DNA of 64,000 nucleotides from Flectonema sp. DT1601 (taxonomy: Eukaryota), in contig OZ025799.1 in the NCBI GenBank assembly GCA_964019425.1, positions 930,001-994,000 of the forward strand. Direction: 5' to 3'. The translations under genes and the position numbers were made by a program. The notes under the pieces are model-generated. The model saw nothing but the letters and a program-made list of their open reading frames with translations, was not told the DNA's origin and did not search any database. Shown piece by piece: positions 50,885 through 60,986 of this stretch. Numbering within the stretch: position 1 is the stretch's first letter; every line of letters starts with the position of its first letter.

Positions 50885-51814
50885 CAGTTGCAAATTTGTT
50901 TTTTCAGGTTGGACTTTGTACGGAACAGGCGGGCTTTTATTAGGGGCTCCCCCCCTTGGGGGGGGAGCTTTGATACGATACGAAAAGATTTATCTGGGAA
51001 GAATACTGCAGGTCTTTGGGGGGGGGGGGGTGAGGGCTTGCACTCTTCCCAGCTTGGTAGGCTAAAAAACAAAAAACCCGCCGCAAGCCAAATTTTTGGG
51101 TCAAGTTCGAGTCCTGGTGGACAACTTTTTTTTGTAGGGAGTTGGCGATTTCGCAAACTATTTTTGTTGAATTAGAGGTTTTCCCTTTATTTTTTAAAGA
51201 AAAAAAAGGAAAATAGAAATTAGTCAACAAAGTCGAACGATAAAAAAAACAATGATAACATTGTTTATTCTTTTTTTTTTTTTTTTTTTTTTATATTCTT
51301 TTTTATTAATTTTGAAAAAAAAACAATCAGTTTAGCGTCTTGACCAGGACGGAAAATAGAAAGTGATCGACATAGTCGATCGATAAAAAAACAATGATAA
51401 CATTGTTTATTCTTTTTTTTTATTTTAAATTCTTTTTATTTATTTTTTAAAGAAAAAAAAAACGGAAAATAGAAATTAGTCAACAAAGTCGAACAATAAA
51501 AAAAAACAATGATAACATTGTTTATTCTTTTTTTTTTTTTTTTTTTTTTTATATTCTTTTTTATTAATTTTGAAAAAATAATCAGTTTAGCGTCTTGACC
51601 AGGACGGAAAATAGAAAGTAATCGACATAGTCGATCGATAAAAAAACAATGATAACATTGTTTATTCTTTTTTTTTATTTTAAATTCTTTTTATTTATTA
51701 TTTAAAGAAAAGAAACGGAGAATAGAAATTAGTCGACAAAGTCGAACGATAAAAAAAAACAATGATAACATTGTTTATTCTTTTTTTTTTTTTTTTATAT
51801 TCTTTTCATACTTG

Positions 51815-52030
51815 TACCCCTTTAAAGGGGGCAAAATAAAGGGGAAATTAAAGGGCTTTTAATGCCCTTTAATTTCCGTAATTCCAAAATAAAGGGGAAA
51901 TAAAGGGCTTTTAATCCAAATAAAGGGCTTTTTTCCCTTTTTTTCCAAAATAAAGGGGAAATAAAGGGGAAATAAGCGGAATAAAGGGGGGTGGGAAAGC
52001 CCCTTTATTTCCGCTTTATTTATTAAATCC
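51815..52030. repeat. AATAAAGGG(G) minisatellite with direct and inverted copies
   Basis: About 8 forward TAAAGGG units plus inverted CCCTTTA units. Confidence 0.7.
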
Positions 52031-52420
52031 CAAGGCACCCACCACGCTGCGTCATCCTAAGCCGGAAAGGAAAATTACTCGAAAGTCGGGGCAGTTCGAA
52101 CGTCAGCATTCACATCAGCAAGCAACCAGTCCTGAGTACTTAAAGAACCCAACCATTACGTGTATCAGCCACAGTCACACTTAGTATAGCGTTAGTACAG
52201 AGGACACGGATCTGCTATGCAGGGAAGTGACTTGAACTCGTTCAACTAATTAATGTGTGTAGATATAAGCGCCGCGAATTGACGGGTCTGAAGTTATGCT
52301 TTCCGAAGAGAGCAACCACCCACGCGAGTGTTATTTTGACGCTATAACCTGTGACTTTCAACACGTAACAACCAGGGATAATTCTCAGTAAGGCCGCCGT
52401 CACCGTGAAGCTGCTACGTA

Positions 52421-54013
52421 GTGGGATCACTCAGGGTCTAGTAGAGACCACCAATGTTGTGCGTTGATAGGCAAGGTGACCAACCTTGACATTCTTTCTT
52501 TTCTCTCCTGTTGTGACAAACACAAAATACACACACAGCTTACAGTGTGTTCTTTGTGTATGTTTTCTTCAGGTGTGAGTAGTTTTTTTGTTCTTGCTCT
52601 TCAGGGAGGGCCTTAGCCAAAAGCTAACAGTCCAAATCTCACCTGGAAATTCAACTCAGTCCTTGTCAGTTTTGGCATCAAACTTGTAATGGTTTAATCA
52701 TTACAGGTTATTTACTGAAATATTTGTTCTAAAAGTTGCTAAGTATTTCTCACTTAGAAATTTTTTATTTTTTTATTTTCAGCTTAATTAGCTACAAATT
52801 GTTTCTACTAAGTGTTTCTCACTTAGATTTTTTTTTTGCTTTTCAGCTCCTTAAAAGCTGCTAAGTGTTTCTGCTAAGTGTTTCTCACTTAGAATTTTAT
52901 TTTTATGTTCGTTTTCTATCCCTTCTCCTATCCCTTTTGTTCAAAATGAGCGGGAGGAAATTCTCTCATTCACGCTAAGATGCACTCTGAACTTTGATTT
53001 TTTGATCTGAGTGTGAGGGAATGACCTGTTAGTGCATTGGGCATAGGCTGGGCTGCAGTTTAGATGTCTTAGGTGTTAATAGGGGGTTCCTCTTAGCATT
53101 TTTCTTTGTTCCCACCTTATGATTTTCTTGAAGAAAAAAAATAGAAGTCATAATGGTGCTTCCCTCTGGAAGGGTTGTAAGCCATGGTGTCCAACTAAAT
53201 TAAAGGACAAGTCTGGGATAATCCCTGCCAGAGGGGCGAGTATTCTACCATGGTTGAAATACTCTGGCAACTGATCTTCAATTTTATGTTGTTTGTTAGC
53301 TGCTGGTGTATCCTGATCATGTGTTGATACTTGCATTTTTTTATTTGTAATCTTCTATTACAATTCTCTTTCTGTTCTGGTCTGTTACTTCATTTGTCTT
53401 GTTTAACTTCAGTTATATCCATTTTACTTTTTATTGTTTCCCATCTACTTTTTATTTTCTATTAGTTCTGGTCAGAAACTCCTGGGCAGCAAGAAGGAAA
53501 GCAGTTAAGTACTTCTGGGTGTTTGGCATCACCCCCCATAGTGAGCAAGTACAACAGGTAGCATTGGTAGTCTGTTGATCCTGAGTGATCCCAGCTACAG
53601 TTTTGTTTTTCTTTCTTTTTTTTAGAAGAAGATCAGGACATCCAAGCACTGCTGGATAGTTGCTGAATGCAGGGCCTGCCTGTGGCATTATAATAACAGG
53701 CTAAGTCATTTGTAGTTCATAGTTTACCTTTGATTTTATAACTTCACACAGGGTACTATGAACGATGAGAGATCCAGTGGGATCACTCAGGGTCTAGTAG
53801 AGACCACCAATGTTGTGCGTTGATAGGCAAGGTGACCAACCTTGACATTCTTTCTTTTCTCTCCTGTTGTGACAAACACAAAATACACACACAGCTTACA
53901 GTGTGTTCTTTGTGTATGTTTTCTTCAGGTGTGAGTAGTTTTTTTGTTCTTGCTCTTCAGGGAGGGCCTTAGCCAAAAGCTAACAGTCCAAATCTCACCT
54001 GGAAATTCAACTC
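52421..54013. mobile_element. Element B: 238-bp partial copy (52421-52658) followed by a full ~1355-bp unit (52659-54013)
   Basis: Both parts end in GGAAATTCAACTC. The insertion splits CTGCTACG|CATAACCCAAC, a junction seen near-intact at 57042-57062. Confidence 0.88.
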
Positions 54014-54182
54014 ATAACCCAACAAACTAGCAATTCCTCCAACCTTTTTCGTCAGTCGGGATTGTTACACGCCGGAAAAGGAAACTACTCGAAAGTCGGG
54101 GCAGTTCGAACGTCAGCATTCACATTAGCAAGCAACCAGTCTTGAGAACCCAACCATTACGTGCATCAGCCACAGTTAACCT

Positions 54183-55175
54183 GAATAAGAAATTTGGGAG
54201 AGGAATAGGGGCAGTGAACTTTTGATTCAGGCCCTTCCCAACGAACAGGACGAAGACTTCTAAAACCTGAGATGAACCAATTGAGTTGAAACAAACAAAT
54301 AACAGAGACGCAACACATACCGGAACATCATCGCAAGCAATGCTTCGGACCTCCGTCGACCTTCGTTCTTCCGGCGGCAAAGGGAAACAAGAAAGAACGG
54401 GCAATGAGACAAACCTGTTAGTTGGTGTTGTGCTGTTGTTAAAAACAAAAACATAAACGCCAGGAAGTTCGACAACGAAGACATCGACATCGATCGCTGC
54501 TCTGCAGATGTCCGGCGGGTGTTTGTCTACACTGTGTTTATTGTTTGTTTTTTTCCCAAGGTTCAACCTTGGGAAGAGAAGTAAAAAATTCCGTCAGTGT
54601 TGGCCTTCCTGTTCGAAGGTGCGCACCAATGACGATAAATAGAGTGGGGGGGGAGAAAACCTTTGATCCAACTGGATCCCTTCACGAGCTGACATTGCCA
54701 TGTGAAGTTAAATATTCTGGCGATGCCAGCTCAGGCGACTTAGCCTGCTTTTTTCTTTAAATAAAAAAAATAAAAAGATACCAACAGGTGGGGTGATGGG
54801 TTGCGCCACTGCAATCCAGTCACAAAAAGAAACAAAGGTAATCTCCAGGGTTCTCGACCCTTGGCTCTCCCTGCGCAAGCATCGCATGGAGGGTGACGCT
54901 AAGCACCCGGGGGGTACGAAACAAACTTTCCCCCTGCTGTCCTGTTTGAAATAAAAAAAAAAAAAAAAAAAAACAAAGGGATAGAAGTAAACAGAATACA
55001 TTACACCTCAACAGGTGACGCTAAACACCCAGGGGATACAAACCAAACTTTCTCCCTGTTGCCCAAACTTTCCCTGGAATACAATACCTAACAATCAGTG
55101 CGTTCACTGGCCTTAGGGCTGTTCGGACTTATGCTTTGGACTGTTCCCTTGCAGAAAAAAAAAAGTAAAATAAAC
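54183..55175. mobile_element. Element A, longest copy (~990 bp)
   Basis: Starts GAATAAGAAATTTGGGAG and splits GTTAACCTG|CAACTTTC, which is intact at 56974-56990. Confidence 0.88.
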
Positions 55176-55268
55176 CAACTTTCAACATGTAACAACCAGG
55201 GATAATTCTCAATAAGGCCGCCGTCACCGTGAAGCTGCTACGAATAACAGTTCGAACGTCAGCATTCG

Positions 55269-55788
55269 AATTTCGATAAGTGGGAAGTAACGGACTGGGA
55301 GCTTTTGGCTCCTGCCCTATTCCCGATGTAAACTTTCTTTTTATTTTTATTTTTTTTTTTAACAGGCCCAAAGGGCGACAATGATGGTTGCTGACCAAGG
55401 AATAATATTCAAATGAATTTTCGTTTCAAAGAAACGAACAGAATTGAGAGAGAGGCAGAGAAAAAAAAAAAAAAAAAAAGAAAGAATAGAAAAAGAAAAA
55501 TATGAAGAGGAAATAATCAAACATGAAAAAAAAAAAAAAAAAAATATAAATAAAAAACGTTGTATGAAAAAGGAAAAAAAGAAAAAAAAAGACCAGAAAA
55601 GGAAAGAGAAAATGAAAAGGTATAATATTATTGTGGGGATATGAGGATAGCAGGGAGATGCTCTTTTTTTTTTTTTTTTTTTATTATTTAAAAAAAGGAA
55701 ACAATCAGTTTAGCGTCTCGATCAGGACGGAAAATAGAAATTAATCGACATAGTCGATCGATAGAAAAAAAATGATAACATTGTTTAT

Positions 55789-55827
<39 letters not shown>

Positions 55828-56082
55828 CTTTTAATTATTTTAAAGAAAAAACAATCAGTTTAGCGTCTTGACCAGGACGGAAAATAGAAAGTAATCGACA
55901 TAGTCGATCGATAAAAAAAAAACAATGATAACATTGTTTATTCCTTTTTTTTTTTTTTTTTTTTTTGTTCTTTTCATTTATTTTTAAAGAAAAAACAATC
56001 AGTTTAGCGTCCTGACCAGGACGGAAAATTGAAAGTGATCGACATAGTCGATCGATAAAAAAACAATGATAACATTGATTAA

Positions 56083-56117
<35 letters not shown>

Positions 56118-56229
56118 TTTTAATTATTTTTTAAAGAAAAAACAATCAGTTTAGCGTCTTGACCAGGACGGAAAATAGAAAGTGATCGACATAGTCGATC
56201 GATAAAAAACAATGATAACATTGTTTATT

Positions 56230-56261
<32 letters not shown>

Positions 56262-56920
56262 CCTTTTTAATATTTTAAAGAAAAAACAATCAGTTTAGCG
56301 TCTTGACCAGGACGGAAAATAGAAAGTGATCGACATAGTCGATCGATAAAAAAACAATGATAACATTGTTTATTCTTTTTTTTTTTTTTTTTTTAAATTC
56401 TTTTTATTTATTTTTAAAGAAAAAAAAACGGAAAATAAAAATTAGTCGACAAAGTCGAACGATAAAAAAAAAACAATGATAACATTGTTTATTCTTTTTG
56501 TTTTTGTTTTTTTTTTTTATATTCTTTTTTATTAATTTTGAAAAAAAAAACAATCAGTTTAGCGTCTTGACCAGGACGGAAAATAGAAAGTAATCGACAT
56601 AGTCGATCGATGAAAAAAAAACAATGATAACATTGTTTATTCTTTTTTTTTTTTTTTAAATTCTTTTTATTTATTTTTTAAAAAGAAAAAAAAACGGAAA
56701 ATAGAAATTAGTCAACAAAGTCGAACAGTAAAAAAAAAAACAATGATAACATTGTTTATTCTTTTTTTTTTATTTTTTTTTTATATTCTTTTTTATTAAT
56801 TTTGAAAAAAAAAAACAATCAGTTTAGCGTCTTGACCAGGACGGAAAATAGAAAGTGATCGACATAGTCGATCGATAAAAAAAAACAATGATAACATTGT
56901 TTATTCTTTTTTTTTTATTC
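55269..56920. mobile_element. Element C copy (head plus tandem units)
   Basis: Starts GAATTTCGATAAGTGGG and splits CAGCATTC|ACATTAGC, which is intact at 54114-54129. Confidence 0.88.
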
Positions 56921-57271
56921 ACATTAGCAAGCAACCAGTCTTGAGAACCCAACCATTACGTGCATCAGCCACAGTTAACCTGCAACTTTCAACATGTAAC
57001 AACTAGGGATAATTCTCAATAAGGCCGCCGTCACCGTGAAGCTGCTACGAACATGACCCAACAAACTAGCAATTCCACTCACTTCGAACACACTCAGCCA
57101 GAGAGCTTGCCAACAGAACAGAACGCAAGGTTACTTTCGGGTCCAATCTTCGCCGTGAGCCTGGTGTCTTGTGCTGGACTGGGTTTCCAGAGGGCCTCAC
57201 CATGCACACAAACTCCTGGATGGGACGATCGAGGGAATCAACCAAGCCGAGAACTGAACCGGAAGGATAGG

Positions 57272-57982
57272 CAGGGAGGGCCTTAGCCAAAAGCTAACAG
57301 TCCAAATCTCACCTGGTAAATTCAACTCAGTCCTTGTCAGTCTTGGCATCAAACCTGTAATGGTTTAATCATTACAGGTTATTTACTGAAATGTTTGTTC
57401 TAAAAGTTGCTAAGTATTTCTCACTTAGAAATTTTTTATTTTTTTATTTTCAGCTTAATTAGCTACAAATTGTTTCTACTAAGTGTTTCTCACTTAGATT
57501 TTTTTTTTGCTTTTCAGCTCCTTAAAAGCTGCTAAGTGTTTCTGCTAAGTGTTTCTCACTTAGAATCTAATTGTTATGTTCGTTTTCTATCCCCTCTTCT
57601 ATCCCTTTTGTTCAAAAAAAGCGATGAGAAATTTCTCTCATTCATGCTAAGATGCACTCTGAACTTTGATTTTTTGATCTGAGTGTGAGGGAATGACCTG
57701 TTAGTGCATTGGGCATAAGCTGGGCTGCAGTTTAGATGTCTTAGGTGTTAATAAGGGGTTCCTCTTAGCATTTTTCTTTGTTCCCACCTTATGATTTTCT
57801 TGAAGAAAAAAAATAGAAGTCATAATGGTGCTTCCCTCTGGAAGGGTTGTAAGCCATGGTGTCCAACTAAATTAAAGGACAAGTCTGGGATAATCCCTGC
57901 CAGAGGGGCGAGTATTCTACCATGGTTGAAATACTCTGGCAACTGATCTTCAATTTTATGTTGTTTGTTAGCTGCTGGTGTA
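57272..57982. mobile_element. Element B: 57-bp partial copy plus the start of a full unit, cut off by the retrotransposon at 57983
   Basis: Matches 52602-53310, including the AATTCAACTC|AGTCC tandem junction. Confidence 0.85.
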
Positions 57983-59413
57983 ATTAATTCTATAGAGAAC
58001 GCTGTCAAATGGAAAGAGGCAAGAACGAGAATGAAAAGGATTTTCCGAATGTATCGGAATTTAGAAAAGAAAAATTTATTCAAAAAATTACAAGATAAAT
58101 TTCGTCAAAATCCGTTTTCTGCCATAAAAGAAGAACTCCAAAAAGAAGATCCTCAACCCCCCTCCCTTGATATTCCAGAGGAAAAAATAATTGAACATTT
58201 TAAAAACAATTATTGTGACAATGAAAAAAAAAAAACTGATTTCACCCATCCCTCTTTTTTACCTAAGTCTGACTACAAGACAATGGATGATATCCAGTTC
58301 CCGAGCTTCGAACAGTTTGGTATTCTCTTATCAAAGAAAAAAAACAAATGTGCCCCTGGTCCCAATTGCATACCTTATGTTGTATGGAAAAAGGTCCCAA
58401 CTTTTATGGAAGCACTTTACAAGGTATTAAAGAGAATTTTCGAACTCAAGGCCTATCCGGATAGTTGGGGCTTAGCATTTGTAACAATGCTCCCAAAGCC
58501 CAACTCCGATGGGAAAGACATCTCGAAAACGAGACCGATAGCTGTGGGCAACTGCGACGGGAAAATTTTTAATACGGTTATTCAGGAAGCCGTCGCAAAC
58601 CACACTCTTTCTAAATTTAATTTTCAAAAAGGCTTTAGGAAAGGTGTCTCTGGGTGTATCGAACATGCCACAATCACCTCAGAGATTTTTAAAGAAGTGA
58701 AAGCTCTCCGGAAAAACCTAACAATTGTCTGGGTGGATTTGGCAGATGCTTTCGGCTCAGTCAAACATCAATTAATTTTCTTTGCTTTAAAATATTTCGG
58801 AATTCACGAAAGAATAATCGGTTTCTATAAAAGGTATTATTCCTCCATGCGCGTCCAAATCAGAGTTGGAGAAGGCCTGACGCCCACTATCCCTTTTGAA
58901 GTTGGTGTCTTTCAAGGCTGCGTTTCCTCCCCAACCCTTTTTAATTTGGTATTCCAACTACTGCTCTTTTCCTTAGCAGTTCATCAACAGGAAGCCTACG
59001 AGTTTAACAATAAATCCCTCCAACTATTAGTTGCAGCTTTTGCTGATGATTTACAACTTACCACGTCATCAAAGGCGGGGGCAAAATTGCTAATCAAGTC
59101 GCTCGAACAGTTTCTTTCCTGGTCTCGTGGTATGAAAGCGAAACCCCAGAAATGCATTGCCCACAGCTTTGTACAAGGGAAACCAGCTAACCCGGACCTG
59201 AAGATTAACAATGTTCCGATTACGAATCTCCAGGAAGCTGGAGAGTTCAAATACCTCGGGCGTTGGTTTGAGCCGAACGCCAAAGAACAGAAATTGCGAG
59301 AGCGCCTGACCACTTTTACCAGGAATTTTTTAAAAAAAGTCGACGCCATGCCACTATATGGGTCTCAGAAGGCTTGGTCTGTCCAACACTTGTTATTGTC
59401 AAGGTTAACATGG

Positions 59414-60078
59414 GAATGACCATCTTCATCCATTTTGTATTGTTAAACTAATTAAGACAAAATTAAGAATTAAACTACTTAGAATAAGTGATTAAACATA
59501 TGAAACTGACGTCGGGGTGATGTTACATCTTCAAGAGGTCGTTTAGACAAAACTTTGAAACGCACCGAGGCAAGAGCGGTGCAACAAGCCAAATAAACAA
59601 GCAAACAATTCGCGAACCTCAAGAAGAAACACCCAGGGTGGGTTGGGTGGGAAAAAGTTTAAAGTTTTAAGTAAATAAGCAAAATTTGCTAAGGAAAGGA
59701 ATATAATGTTAAATGTTTAGCGAATAGATAAACAAACGGCTTCCAGAGCACAGAGCAAATCATCGCAACAGAGCCGTTCAGTCCAAGCATTGCACAGAAC
59801 CCGAAGTATTAAGTTCAGAGTGCATTTTAGTTAAGGGAGGGATATTTTTCTTTCCGTTCCGATAGGAGCGGGAAGAGAGAATGTAATAAAAGATTTTCGA
59901 CGTACCAGAGCAGGCATAGCCGAGTGGTTATGGTCGTCGACTATAAATCGCTTGGGTAGCCGTGGTCACGGGTTCAATTCTCGGTCACGGCAGATTTTTC
60001 GCGTTTTTCCTTCAGGAAACTGAAGGACTAAAAAGACACAGAAATGGACTCAGTGATCATTCCCTGAGTAAACTGAGA
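59414..60078 (+). mobile_element. Element F inserted in the retrotransposon ORF (665 bp)
   Basis: Ends GAATGACC...GTAAACTGAGA coincide with those of the 40343-41030 copy. Removal gives in-frame SRLTW-SLMIHDL. Confidence 0.88.
59910..59992 (+). pseudogene. tRNA-derived sequence within element F
   Basis: TAGCCGAGTGG A-box, GGTTCAATTC B-box and TTTTT downstream; imperfect cloverleaf. Confidence 0.7.
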
Positions 60079-60323
60079 AGTTTAATGATCCATGACTTAT
60101 CTCTCCCTTTTGCCAAAAAAATGGACAAAATTATTAAACCTTTTTTGAAGAAATGGTGGGGATTTGTCCGCTCTGCGAACACAGTCATCCTTTTTACCGG
60201 TTCAAAGAACACTGTTGGTCTCAGACACAAAAGAGTTGAGACGCTATATAAACAAGCGCAATCAATTAAACTAGACATCCTCAGATCCTCACAGGACTCT
60301 GACATGCACGGTGTCTACAAGGT

Positions 60324-60986
60324 GAATAGAAATTTGGGAGAGGAATAGGGGCAGTGAACTTTTGATTCAGGCCCTTCCCAACGAACAGGACGAAGACTTC
60401 TAAAACCTGAGATGAACCAATTGAGTTGAAACAAACAAATAACAGAGACGCAACACATACCGGAACATCATCGCAAGCAATGCTTCGGACCTCCGTCGAC
60501 CTTCGTTCTTCCGGCGGCAAAGGGAAACAAGAAAGAACGGGCAATGGGACAAACCTGTTAGTTGGTGTTGTGCTGTTGTTAAAAACAAAAACATAAACGC
60601 CAGGAAGTTCGACAACGAAGACATCGACATCGATCGCTGCTCTGCAGATGTCCGGCGGGTGTTTGTCTACACTGTGTTTATTGTTTGTTTTTTTCCCAAG
60701 GTTCAACCCTGGGAAGAGAAGTAAAAAATTCCGTCAGTGTTGGCCTTCCTGTTCGAAGGTGCGCACCAATGACGATAAATAGAGTGGGGGGGGAGAAAAC
60801 CTTTGATCCAACTGGATCCCTTCACGAGCTGACATTGCCATGTGAAGTTAAATATTCTGGCGATGCCAGCTCAGGCGACTTAGCCTGCTTTTTTCTTTAA
60901 ATAAAAAAAATAAAAAGATACCAACAGGTGGGGTGATGGGTTGCGCCACTGCAATCCAGTCACAAAAAGAAACAAAGGTAATCTCC
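60324..60986. mobile_element. Element A inserted in the retrotransposon ORF (663 bp)
   Basis: Near-identical to 54183-54846. Removal gives in-frame HGVYK-V-IIMEKS. Confidence 0.88.

Larger units (their letters stand above)
49949..51185. mobile_element. Non-autonomous Mutator-like (Pack-MULE-like) DNA transposon
   Basis: About 57-bp terminal inverted repeats (TIRs) GGGAAAACCYCTAATTCMACAAAAATAGTTTGCGAAATCGCCAACTC. A 9-bp duplication TTTATTTTT (49940-49948, 51186-51194) is confirmed against uninterrupted C units. Confidence 0.8.
41614..51806. repeat. Element C complex: ~430-bp head plus ~255-bp tandem units, with orientation switches
   Basis: Heads GAATTTCGATAAAGTGGG at 41614 and 45035, inverted head pieces at 46260-46549. 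The unit core CGTCTTGACCAGGACG..GATCGACATAGTCGATC..AACAATGATAACATTGTT recurs about every 255 bp, reversed in ~42060-45035 and forward afterwards. Confidence 0.92.
52033..57271 (+). repeat. Sequence D: about three diverged copies of a ~270-bp unit, fragmented by insertions (52033-52420, 54014-54182, 55176-55268, 56921-57271)
   Basis: GTTCGAACGTCAGCATTC, AGCAAGCAACCAGTC and AAGGCCGCCGTCACCGTGAAGCTGCTACG each recur three times, and the pieces join across the B, A and C insertions. Confidence 0.7.

Noticed and set aside
42060..51806. CRISPR array
   Set aside because: The sequence between the palindromic cores is repeated A/T homopolymer, not unique spacers. There are no cas genes and the context is eukaryotic.
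54120..54760. Repeated small ORFs in elements A and B (MNLGKK..., MPQAGP..., MQVSTH...)
   Set aside because: They recur only because the DNA is repeated. They have no recognisable motifs, and their ends vary with flanking sequence.
54892..54942. Group II intron domain 5 (AGC...GAAA...GTAC on the minus strand)
   Set aside because: GAAA is not a tetraloop closing a D5 helix, and there are no GUGYG/AY termini.
59910..59992. Functional tRNA genes (also 40443-40525, 50060-50131)
   Set aside because: Acceptor stems do not pair, and the anticodon regions differ between the two F copies.
60322..60977. Canonical GT-AG intron explaining the A insertion
   Set aside because: Splicing from GT at 60322 to AG at 60977 puts the downstream ORF out of frame.
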